This document shows, one piece after another, positions 43,562 to 53,700 of a stretch of DNA of 64,000 nucleotides. The position numbers were made by a program, and so were the translations under genes. This DNA comes from a virus. The first letter of the stretch is position 1. Each line of letters starts with the position of its first letter. The stretch is from positions 1 to 64,000 of IMG/VR virus record IMGVR_UViG_3300019776_000324; one strand, given 5' to 3'. The notes beneath the pieces are model-generated. The model made no database searches and was not told where the DNA came from. It saw only the letters and a program-made list of their open reading frames with translations.

Positions 43562-44306
43562 CGATCTCTCCTAGTTGTTGTTTACCCATAGCGTGGAAGT
43601 CTTGCCGCAATTCAATCCAGCGTGGCTTATTTTCTGCATTTACAAAATCTACACGGTAACGATCTGTATCTAACTGTGTTAACTTATGCTCTGGAGTTAA
43701 ACTTGCTAACAGCCACGGAATACCTGCATGATCAATGGTATGCCCATTTACTATACCCAACGCAATACTTAACGCATGATCATTTCTATATGTTGGCTTT
43801 GAATTTTTATATAAAGCACAATAGTGATTCCAGTTATCGCGAATCATTTGCATTGAATCAAATATTAATTCTGCTTGCTTACTACGACGAAACATCATTA
43901 CCGTTGCCCACCACATAGGCATGCGATTGTCTCCAAAGTAATTTAATCCTTCAAAGTTATTACAACCAGTGACATCATAGGCCCAACGATGTGCTAGAAA
44001 GTCTTGATCGGCTTCTAATACTGACTTTAGCTGATCACTAGCTACAACATAGTCCGCATCTAATACTAATGTTCTATCCCACGGCGACAAACGATATGCA
44101 TCCATGCGATTAAGATTGTGCCAAGTAACTGTGCCTACATCGCTAAAGTATCTTGTGTTAGTACCTTCTGCGGTGTCTGTTACTTCTGTTACTATGTGCG
44201 TTGGTATGCCAAGGTGACGCTCAATGTTCTTTGCAGACCACTTAGCCATGGCAAGATAGTCAATCTGTTCATTGTTACGAGCAAAGATTAAAGCACCTGT
44301 GGTCAT
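43545..44306 (-). CDS. putative GT8-like (GT-A fold) glycosyltransferase
   Basis: LVLDADYVV DxD motif. N-terminal ALIFARNNEQIDYLAMAKWS resembles the GT8 N-terminal region. Confidence 0.35.
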   Translation of the reverse strand: MTTGALIFARNNEQIDYLAMAKWSAKNIERHLGIPTHIVTEVTDTAEGTNTRYFSDVGTVTWHNLNRMDAYRLSPWDRTLVLDADYVVASDQLKSVLEADQDFLAHRWAYDVTGCNNFEGLNYFGDNRMPMWWATVMMFRRSKQAELIFDSMQMIRDNWNHYCALYKNSKPTYRNDHALSIALGIVNGHTIDHAGIPWLLASLTPEHKLTQLDTDRYRVDFVNAENKPRWIELRQDFHAMGKQQLGEIVASPC

Positions 44307-44605
44307 CTATTTCGGTTTAGTTCTTCGTACTCTACAAGCCAGGCATTGAGTTGTTCTTGCCAGCGTTGTAGTACTTGTTCGTAAAACTCTTCGGCATTGA
44401 CCTGTACAGGATTTTGGTACAAATCCTGTATCACTACAGTTCCAGTACAGCATTTTAAAGTGGTTAATAGCTCAGGACCAGCTTGCCACATTCCACCTGC
44501 GTGTGCAAATATAAATTTGGCTTGATATTTTTCTCGAAGATTCCGTTTAGCCGATTCGTGGTCAAAACGGGCACGGGCGTGTGCGATTAAGTTTTCAGTG
44601 TCCAT
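44303..44605 (-). CDS. hypothetical protein (100 aa), probably leaderless
   Basis: ATG lies 6 nt after a - strand TATAAT box. Confidence 0.45.
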   Translation of the reverse strand: MDTENLIAHARARFDHESAKRNLREKYQAKFIFAHAGGMWQAGPELLTTLKCCTGTVVIQDLYQNPVQVNAEEFYEQVLQRWQEQLNAWLVEYEELNRNR

Positions 44606-44611
44606 AGGTTT

Positions 44612-44640
44612 ATTATACTACAAAAAGCGGATAAGGTAAA
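44612..44640 (-). promoter_or_regulatory. promoter (TTTACC-N17-TATAAT) on the - strand with ATG 6 nt downstream
   Basis: Reverse complement reads TTTACC (44640-44635), N17, TATAAT (44617-44612), AAACCT, then ATG (44605). Confidence 0.5.
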
Positions 44641-44660
44641 GCCCCTTGCGGGGCTTTTGG
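44638..44660 (-). terminator. putative intrinsic terminator/attenuator after the tail-fibre module
   Basis: 8-bp stem AAAGCCCC/GGGGCTTT with ttgc loop. The U-tract is short on both strands. Confidence 0.35.
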
Positions 44661-44676
44661 TAAAGCTACAGTGCCG

Positions 44677-45666
44677 TTAGGCTACAGATGCGGCAATAGT
44701 TGGGGTACCCCAAGTATTTGTCAAATAGGTTGTACTTGGTGGAATATAAGTTACTAATGTTGTTGGTGCTGTAGCAGCGCCAATTGTGGTTGATGGACTT
44801 GCTACAGCAGTACCACCAGAAATATTACTTGTTGTTCCTGGTGCACTAACCGCTGGTTGAACCCAAGTAGTAACAAGTGTTAATACTGTGCTTGATGTTG
44901 CTGTGGCAGTTGTACGGATATATTCGCCTGTGTATGGTGTGCCGGCATTGTTTAATTGGAAAATTGTTGTTGGCGTTCCAATAAGATTATACCAGCCAGT
45001 GCTAGTAGCCAAAGTAGTTTGTGTACCACCTGTACCACCTAAGCGTGTTGTACCTGTGTAGGCTTGAGCTGCAATAGTTTGTGCGCCGCCGGTGATATTA
45101 ATACTACCGCATTGGCCTGCAAATGTGTTCCAGTCAGCATCAAGGTCAGTACCGGTACTTGATTTACCGTATTGAATTTTTACAATGCCGCCGGCATTAA
45201 AGAAATAACGAGTTTGGTCAGCACTTGGAAATGTTACTGTATGAGTAAATGTAATTGTCCAGGCACCTTGTGTTCCGTTACTAGTTGCTGTAGTTTTACT
45301 TGTCGTTCCGCTAAATGTACCATAAGCAGCACCAGAAGTAGATGCATTACCGCGATTGTTGTAGCAGTTTGTTAAGTCTGTACTAACTGCGGCTAGTGCA
45401 GTAATGGTCTGACCTGCTGTAGGAGCAGTTCTTGATGTAAGAGTTGTGCCAGTTTGACTACCCATGAGTGCCAAGGTATTAACCAAACTTGCCCAATTTG
45501 TTGCTGTTACAGTGCCGCCAATACCTACTGTGCTTAGTGCAGATTGCCCCCAGCCAGCATTAGTAGTACCTGTGCTCCATGTTGCGTTAACGTTGGCGCC
45601 TGATGTTGTGCTAACAAAACCATTATAGTCTGATGCTTGAATTAATCCACCTGATGAATATGTCAT
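44677..45666 (-). CDS. tail-fibre-like protein (329 aa)
   Basis: Thr/Gly/Ser/Ala-rich low-complexity beta-type sequence typical of fibre shafts, in the structural module. Confidence 0.5.
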   Translation of the reverse strand: MTYSSGGLIQASDYNGFVSTTSGANVNATWSTGTTNAGWGQSALSTVGIGGTVTATNWASLVNTLALMGSQTGTTLTSRTAPTAGQTITALAAVSTDLTNCYNNRGNASTSGAAYGTFSGTTSKTTATSNGTQGAWTITFTHTVTFPSADQTRYFFNAGGIVKIQYGKSSTGTDLDADWNTFAGQCGSINITGGAQTIAAQAYTGTTRLGGTGGTQTTLATSTGWYNLIGTPTTIFQLNNAGTPYTGEYIRTTATATSSTVLTLVTTWVQPAVSAPGTTSNISGGTAVASPSTTIGAATAPTTLVTYIPPSTTYLTNTWGTPTIAASVA

Positions 45667-45681
45667 ACTTTATTTTTCCAA

Positions 45682-46959
45682 TTAATTTGTAGTAACGATT
45701 GCTTCTACTGTACCTTCGGTTGCATCTAATTTATCGCGTAATGCACGACCAATAACATTAAAAGCTGTAGCTTCGCCAGGTTGTGCTGCTCTTGCTAACC
45801 CATTACCTGCGCTTACTAATCGATCACCTTTGTAGATGATTCCAACGGATCTAACCGGTACTCGTCCAGTCATTGCAACTGGTGGATGTGTAGCGTCTGT
45901 ACCAGCTTGGCTATTCATTAAGTAAGCAGCTCTTGTACTTATCACACCAAAAACTTTTTCACTTAATTCGCTAGTAACTTGAGTGATTTCAGCTGAACCG
46001 CCGAGCTCTACCACAGTACCAGGAACCATTTCTACATCTGCTTCAAAGCGTTCTGCAACGTCAGCGTAGTTTGCGTTGATTTGGTTACCACTGATAGTGC
46101 CGTTAGCACCGTAAATAGTCATTGCTGTAGTTGGTGTACCACCAATGTTTACACTGAATGAAAGATTACCGTTGCTAGTTTGATTTGATACTGATACATT
46201 TGTGTTAGATACCTGAACTCTGAAATCTGAGTTTAAGCCAACTGCTAAACCTGTATTGTTAAGAACACTCACAGTTCCTGTAGTTTGTGTATTTGCATCA
46301 CTGCGCATAAACTGAGTGCTAGACAAACTATTTAACTGTTGAGCGTTTGTTGCTGTGCCTTGGAACAATGGAACCTGTGAACCAACTAATGTTGACAATG
46401 TGATACCAGGGCGAACTGTTGTGAATCCACTTAGTGGAGGACTTGGGGTAAATGCAGCATCTTTACTGATAATACCAACAATACTGTTGTTTACATATAA
46501 TTCTACAACAACGTGATTGGTAGTGCCGTCTGACAATGTTGCTACGATTGCACCTGTTGTGCCTGTACCTGCGGTAAACTGTGGTCCAATTAATAACCAT
46601 GCACTACCAGTCCAAACATTTAACTGAGCATTTGTAGTGTCGTACCATAAGTCACCTGTACTGTTGCTTGTCGGAGCAGTTGAGCTAGCAGTAGCGGCAC
46701 TAATAGTTTTGAAAAGTGTACCGTTGTAAACTTTTAAAAGATTATTACCAGAATCCCACCAAAGCTGACCTGTTAATGGTGCTCCAGGAGGTGTTGTATT
46801 TGAACCGTTTTCTAGTAAATGAATAAAGTTGGTATCTAAAAAGTCGCCGTAACCAGCGTAGTTTTTACCAATCAAGGTCATTGAACTTGATGTGTTGATG
46901 GTACCGTCTGCTATTGTAGCAAAGACTGTACCGTCAGTTAAATTAATTGTATATGCCAT
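45682..46959 (-). CDS. tail fibre protein (425 aa)
   Basis: Repeats of the fibre motif GQLWWDSGNNLLKVYNGTLF / GDLWYDTTNAQLNVWTGSAW. Confidence 0.55.
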   Translation of the reverse strand: MAYTINLTDGTVFATIADGTINTSSSMTLIGKNYAGYGDFLDTNFIHLLENGSNTTPPGAPLTGQLWWDSGNNLLKVYNGTLFKTISAATASSTAPTSNSTGDLWYDTTNAQLNVWTGSAWLLIGPQFTAGTGTTGAIVATLSDGTTNHVVVELYVNNSIVGIISKDAAFTPSPPLSGFTTVRPGITLSTLVGSQVPLFQGTATNAQQLNSLSSTQFMRSDANTQTTGTVSVLNNTGLAVGLNSDFRVQVSNTNVSVSNQTSNGNLSFSVNIGGTPTTAMTIYGANGTISGNQINANYADVAERFEADVEMVPGTVVELGGSAEITQVTSELSEKVFGVISTRAAYLMNSQAGTDATHPPVAMTGRVPVRSVGIIYKGDRLVSAGNGLARAAQPGEATAFNVIGRALRDKLDATEGTVEAIVTTN

Positions 46960-47006
46960 TTATTGCTCCGTCTTTGTATATTTACCGCAAAATAATATAC
47001 TCATAT

Positions 47007-47615
47007 TTATGCTGTACTCAAGTTAGTTAAAGTTTGAATACGCAAAGTATAATCAATTTGAATTTGGCGATTTAAGCTCTTTTGTACTGGGTGGAAAATT
47101 ACATGAGTAATTAGCAATAAATTAGTAGCACTTCCGTTCCAGCACTGTAAGCCCAATTCGTCAAATACGAATTCACCGTTAAAATTGGTACTATTATCAA
47201 ATGCTTGTTGTCCAGCAGGTTCGCCGTAATCTAACAAGCAAGTAGTTACAATATCAGTATAAACATTACCTGATGTATGTAAAACTGTGAGATAGTTATT
47301 TGCTGGGTCAACATCGGCTGCTGAATTGTTATCAACTACCTTGGAATATGTTTCGTTATACAAACTGGCATTTTGTCCAGTTGTGTTTGGCGGCAAATAA
47401 GTGATAACACCGGTTGGATCAACTGCGCTGCCGCCGTTGCCGAATGCCATTTTATAGATAAATCCTGTATTTTTATCAGCTAGAGTATTAGCCATGCAAA
47501 TACTAATGTTCTCGTAGTGAATTGCATTCTTTTTATCTACAAATACTTCACCCGATGCTGGGTCATAAACTTTTAAAAAGCCTTGAATGCTAGTTAAGCC
47601 TGGGGTTAAAATCAT
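47007..47615 (-). CDS. tail-associated protein (202 aa)
   Basis: In the structural module. N-terminal GFLKVYDPASGEVFVDKK motif is duplicated in the upstream small ORF. Confidence 0.5.
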   Translation of the reverse strand: MILTPGLTSIQGFLKVYDPASGEVFVDKKNAIHYENISICMANTLADKNTGFIYKMAFGNGGSAVDPTGVITYLPPNTTGQNASLYNETYSKVVDNNSAADVDPANNYLTVLHTSGNVYTDIVTTCLLDYGEPAGQQAFDNSTNFNGEFVFDELGLQCWNGSATNLLLITHVIFHPVQKSLNRQIQIDYTLRIQTLTNLSTA

Positions 47616-47755
47616 GCTCGTTTCTCCACGAATACCTTTTTAGTGTTTGGGTCAAAAATCTTTACAAAACCTTCAACAGAAACCGATCCTGTTTCGTTAG
47701 GGCGCTTTGGTGCAGGAGTTGGAGCTGGCTTTGGTGTAATATTTTCAGTCATGAT
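47612..47755 (-). CDS. 47-aa ORF duplicating the N-terminal motif of the next gene, absent from the ORF track
   Basis: Translates to MTENITPKPAPTPAPKRPNETGSVSVEGFVKIFDPNTKKVFVEKRA. ATGA overlap with the start of the 47007..47615 gene. EGFVKIFDPNTKKVFVEKRA vs QGFLKVYDPASGEVFVDKKNA. Confidence 0.4.
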   Translation of the reverse strand: MMTENITPKPAPTPAPKRPNETGSVSVEGFVKIFDPNTKKVFVEKRA

Positions 47756-47768
47756 TTATTTACCTGGT

Positions 47769-50700
47769 TTATAGACCCCGTAAAAACCTTGCGGCCTTAG
47801 TTTCGGTTTCTTGTAGCGGAACACCGTTACTTGCGGTGCCTGCACCTTGCTCGTACCATGTTACACCTCTGCGAACCAACATTGTAACTTCTGCTCCAGC
47901 AGGCGGTGCATCAGTAAATGTAATTTCTGCTGGATTTTCGCCTGTAACTGTGTAGCCAGTAGTTACTCTGGTTCCGCCAACATATACTTCTAAACTTTCG
48001 TCACGGATTGAACTATCTTCCAACAACAAATTGATATCAACTGCGGTAAACACTGTAGTTGATCCATCAGCTATTGCGCTGTTAGTTACAATATAGTTTT
48101 GATATTGTTCTGGTAACAAATTGCCGCGGCCTAGGTTATAAACTATTGCATCACTATCGTGCGGTGCAGCGGCTGTACCGGCAGTTCCTCTTAGCAAGCC
48201 ACTTACAGTACCAGTTTGTTCATCCCAATAACGATACATGATACGCTCAGCATCAATTGTTAACACTCCCCAAATATTAGCAGCAAAATTTGGTTGTGTC
48301 AATGCTAGAATATTACCAACATAGATAACATCATCATCTTGAGCAACTGGTTGAGTAGTTACTGTTGTTGTTTGTGGAGTCATTCTATAAGTAGCCTGTA
48401 CTCCGCGCATGTCCTGGAATATTCTAAACTCCATAGATCCTGGAACTACACTTTGAGTAAAGCTGGTAATTGCCACAACTGTCTGTGCTGGGATCGTAGG
48501 GCCTAGGATAACAACATTTGATCCGTCAACTGTAAATCCAATGCCATTAAAGATCCATTCTCCGTTGACTGTAACCAGAAGTCTGTCTGGATTGTCGATG
48601 ATTGTACCAGTATCAAATACATTGGATTGTATTTGTGAACCAACACTGTAATCATACGATCCAGTAGTGTTGTTAACTGATGCGCTGTCAAAATCAACAC
48701 TATCGTATCCTTCTGATATTGTTATTCCAGAAGTAGTTGGGCCTACAAACACTTGTGTAAGTATGCCTTGTTCACTGGTGTCATTCCAAGTCACAAATTC
48801 AAGAAGGTCACCAACTTGCGGACTTAATCCTGCTTCTGGAAGGAAAGTTAATTCGTTGCCAGATATATTATACTGTGCTCCAGTTGAAACAGAAACTATC
48901 AATACTGTTCCTGGTGCTGGTGGAAATGCCATTGTAATAGTACGATTAGAAGAACCGTCCCATGGGCTAACTACATAAACAACATTTTGTTCTTGTAGTA
49001 CATTGTTGAAATATACTTCTACATCTGAGTCAGCAATCAATCCTTCGCTATATCCGCCGCGACTTGGTAAATCAAAAGTCTCAGTAGATCCATCACCAAT
49101 ATATCGTACGCTTTCGTATGGACGAGCTCTTACACCGTTACGCAATACCATTATGTTAACTGGGTTTGTACCTTGTAAACTATTAGTTAATGTGTAAGTT
49201 AATTGTGATGAGTCAGTAACTGTAGTAGTCTGGAATACTGGTAAACTCCAACTGTAAGTTGTGCCGTTGTAACCATATCCAAACGCAGCAAGATTGATAC
49301 GATCTGTAATGCCGTAAGTATCAGTGAATGTTACTAGAGTATTGTTTGTTCCAGCAATCTGCGCATAGGTATAATCAACTCCATTGACTAATTGTGTTTC
49401 GCCATTATAAATTAGGAATTCATATATGAGAGCCGCACCTGAAATTTCTGTCCAATAAGTTGTATTAGTTGGTAGTTGTCCAGAAAAATCATTGTCAATT
49501 GATTGATAGAACAGATTGTTATAAGAAACTACATCACCGTAGAAATATGTTGTTGAACTATTAAAAGCAACCGGAGTTGTAAACGGTACAACGACTGAGT
49601 CAAGTGATGCTTCGTTATAGGTCTCAAGATACAGTTGATTTCCACCGCCTACACCTGTAACATACGCAATTATAGTGTCGCCAGCTCTTGCTGTAGTTGG
49701 ATCAACAGTTAATTCATACTCAGCCCAATTGTACGACAACGGCTCAATTGCTAATTCAAGAGTAGCATTAAACAATATTACAACCATTGGATTTGCTAGT
49801 ACATTAGCAAAACTTATTGTAGGGTTAGCAGGATCGTACTCATAGCGACGACTAGCTATTGGGAATCCGTGTCCAAGGCCAAGCCAGTCAGCACCAGGAG
49901 TTGTGTAAACTCTAAAGTCTAAGGTATCAAATTCTGCACCTGGGATTAATTCTTCTGGTGCATGACTACTATATGTGTCAACATAGGCGCCGCCGTCAAC
50001 ATTAATGTCAGTAGGTCTTGTACCTAAATAGGTATCCAAGTACGAGCTTGAATATATTGCATCTAAAATTTCAGGTGAGTATGTTGGTGCACCTTCTGCT
50101 CCATATGCAATGTTATCAAACGGGTTGATGTCAAAATTACCAACATCAAAACCAGTATTTTGACTGAATGTAGGAGCAGTTACTTGTACACCTGGATAAT
50201 CAATACCATCTATCAACAGTGGAAGGCTCAAGCCAGGCATGTTGATACCAGGAACATAGTATCCCATTGTGCGGTCAACACCGCTTAGGTCACCAGCTTC
50301 GATTAATGTCCAATTGCTAGGAACAAACACAGAACTTGATCCAGATTGATCAGCTTCCCAAACTGCGTTAGACCAGCGTACTCTTGCGCCCTGGATGTAG
50401 GTTACATTGGCTTGCCATTCAGCAATACTGGTTGAATATTGATAACGGTCGTATTTGATTGTAGTCTTAATAGATCGTACAAGGCCGTTGCCCATTTGTG
50501 ATACAGCTATGGCTCCAGATCCGTTACCGCCAGTGAATGTAATAATTGCAGTAGTACTATATCCGTAACCTGGATCTACTATATTAACGCCACTAACTTG
50601 TCCAGAACCGTTGATGATTGCTGTAATAGTTGCTGGAGTAATGCAATCACCAGTTACTACTACATCAGGAGCAATAGTATATCCAGATCCGCCATTGATA

Positions 50701-53700
50701 ACTGTAACGCCTTCAATTTCTAACAAGTAATTGTTGTACCATTGTGCCCATGGATTTTCTAACCATATTTGTGCGTTAGGCGCAGCATCACTATTAGTTG
50801 ATTCAACTAAACTACCTGACATGGTATAAGGAGTTAACACTGGGCTTGTAAACTGAGGAATAGGTAATGCAGTATTCCAGTAAGCCGGAACATCAAAGTC
50901 TATTAGGTTACCTGGATACTCATCAGATCCATCATAGATTAAATTGAACGCAAGATTTTGTACATGGAATGGTTTAACTTCATTCAAGTAATCCAACACG
51001 AATGTTTGATTGTCTGGCTGGAATAACTGATACGGCAATAATCCACGAATCACATGATCTACATCAATGTAACTGGTCTTGATTAACCAGTACGGGTTAG
51101 TAAATTCAGTGTAAATGTACTGGAACATCAACATCAATAACTGATTGCGTTCAATTAATAAATCGCCAACAAATAATTCTTCGTTGATTGCTTTAATAAT
51201 TTGACGAGTCTCGATTACTGGTTCTTGATCAAAGTACTGTGCATCAAATACTTCACTGTCAAATCCGTATAGTCCGACTGAGTAATTCCATAGTTCTTCT
51301 TTAAATGCAATAGTACCATCTTCAAGGCCAACACGATCCCAACCTAGGTCTGTACGCAGGTAAATTTCATATTTTCCTTGGCCGTTGGCAGTAACTTTAG
51401 CACTACCACCAACTGGCACAGTTGCCAGGCTCAAAGTTTGTAGATTTGAAACATTTTGAACTGTTGCCAACGGCTGTACAGAACTATTGTATCCAGGAAG
51501 ATACCAATTGATATAATTCCAATACAGTGCTGTATCGTAATTTTGTACACGAACCAAACTTAACTCTTTTGATCCTACAGTTGTACCTGCAACAACTTCA
51601 TAAATTGTCCACAGACCGTTTTGTGTACTGTCTGACAATACCAAATACAAATATCCATAAGGAACAAGTGCAAGATCCTGGTACGCCAACACTTCAAGGT
51701 TTGGAACTTCATAGTTCCATGCACCTGAATTGGCAGCAGGAGTTGGCTCTGAACTGTTTAATAAGTTAAAGCTACGAGTTTCGCTAATTGGAAATTGTGC
51801 CAATATTGAGTTTGCACGACCTAGATAATTCTGTAAAGCAGTAAATCGGTCAACAAACATACTTTGGCGTGGGCGGAATTCTACACCAAATTGAAGTCCT
51901 GGACTCAATAATGGATCTGGAACTGCGTTGCCTACTGTGTCAACACCGCATAAGCTGTCAATTAACTTACGATATAAATTGGCATTTAAAAATGCATTTG
52001 CTCGCCCGTCTGCTATGAATTGATATTCAGTGTGAATGTCTGCGTTGCCACCAAGTGCTTGACGATCGTACTCAACATGCAATATTGTATCACTTGCTGA
52101 CAATAAACTTGAAGCATTGTAAACTGCTACAGTGTTTGCGTTGATACCAGCAATGTACGGAAGTCCGCTGCTGATTGGATTTAAAATATAACTGGCAATA
52201 GCGTTTGTGCTGAGTGTTTTACCATAAGCGGTCGCTACAGTTGATAATCCTCTTACCCAGAAATAGTAGCTAGTAACTAATATTCCAGTGTCTGTAATTG
52301 ATGACTTAACTGTGTAACTGGTAGAACTAAGCGGAGTACCGTCACCAGTGTAGTTAGCAGGAGGAACTGAACTTTCAACCCACTGATAAATGTCAATGGT
52401 ACTGCCTGGAAATACTTGACTCCATCTGCGGCTAGCATAGATAATATTGTCTTGATTAGGATCAATAAATCTAACACTATTTGTATCCCACCAAATTTGA
52501 CCTACATGAGTTTCACCCCAGCTGGTTCCAATGTTATGAATAGTTCCAGAATTGTAATTAGCAGGATCAACTGCGCCAATGTAGTCAATGTTTCTACGAG
52601 CCACACCTAGGATCTTACCTTGTAGTGGATCAATAAAGTCAAAATATGTTTGTGCTTGGTTAGTTGTAGCTAACTTGTTATAAGAATAAACAGAATTCAA
52701 TAGAGAAACATCAACAGTCGGTTGTTGTGCATGTATCACTGTCCAGACCGGAGCATCTGTTGGGTTATCCAACACTGCTACTTGTCCATAGTTAGCTGAA
52801 CTGTCGCCAAGGTCGCTTCCCGGAGCACCAACTAATAGACGCTGACTACGATAATTTACTGCAAGACCAAACTGGTCGCCTGTGTTCAAATCAGATGAAT
52901 ATACTTGCTGACCAAAAACAAAGTTACCTGGATCAGTAATTGATGAAGTTGCGCTAGGCAAGTAATCAAATGTGTATGCTACACCAGAATTTACAATAGT
53001 GTTAAAGAATGTAGTGCTACGGTCATCAAAGTATGTTTCGCCACCATCAAATGTAGTTGGCTCATATACATCACCGTTTGGTGCGCCTACTACTAAATTA
53101 ACTGCATTGGTATTCACACTAACAGCTGAACCAAACTGTGCATAATCTGTTGGGTTAGGACTGGTAATAGTCTGAGTGTAAGGATAAGTTACAAAACCAA
53201 TGTCATAAAATGCAGAACCAATTACGCCTGGTAACACTGTTAATTTATTAAAGGTTATTGCTGCATCTGTATTGATAACATTAATTGTTATTTTTCCAGA
53301 TACTACTTTAATTGTTGCGCCATATGACGGTGCCAACACAAATGCAATCTGTTGTGTGGTATTGTTGTAGGTATAGTTAACTCCAACTGTTTGTAATGTG
53401 TCATTTACATACACTACAGTATTGTAAGAGCTAGCAGAAGAGTACATGTTACCAATTTCAAATATTTTTGTTGAGCCATCGCCTGTTAAGTAAACATCGG
53501 CGCTGCTTGTAGAAGTAACATTTGGAATGCCGGAAGAGTTGATTACAGAAACCAATCCAGCGATTGTGTTGTTTGGTGAATCTGGTATTGTAACTTCAGT
53601 ATTATTGATGCGAATAGTATCGCCACCTGTTAGCACTGGGTTTGCAATAGTTGATGTTGTTACGCCGTACACACGAGATTGATTGACATTTCGTTGAGCG

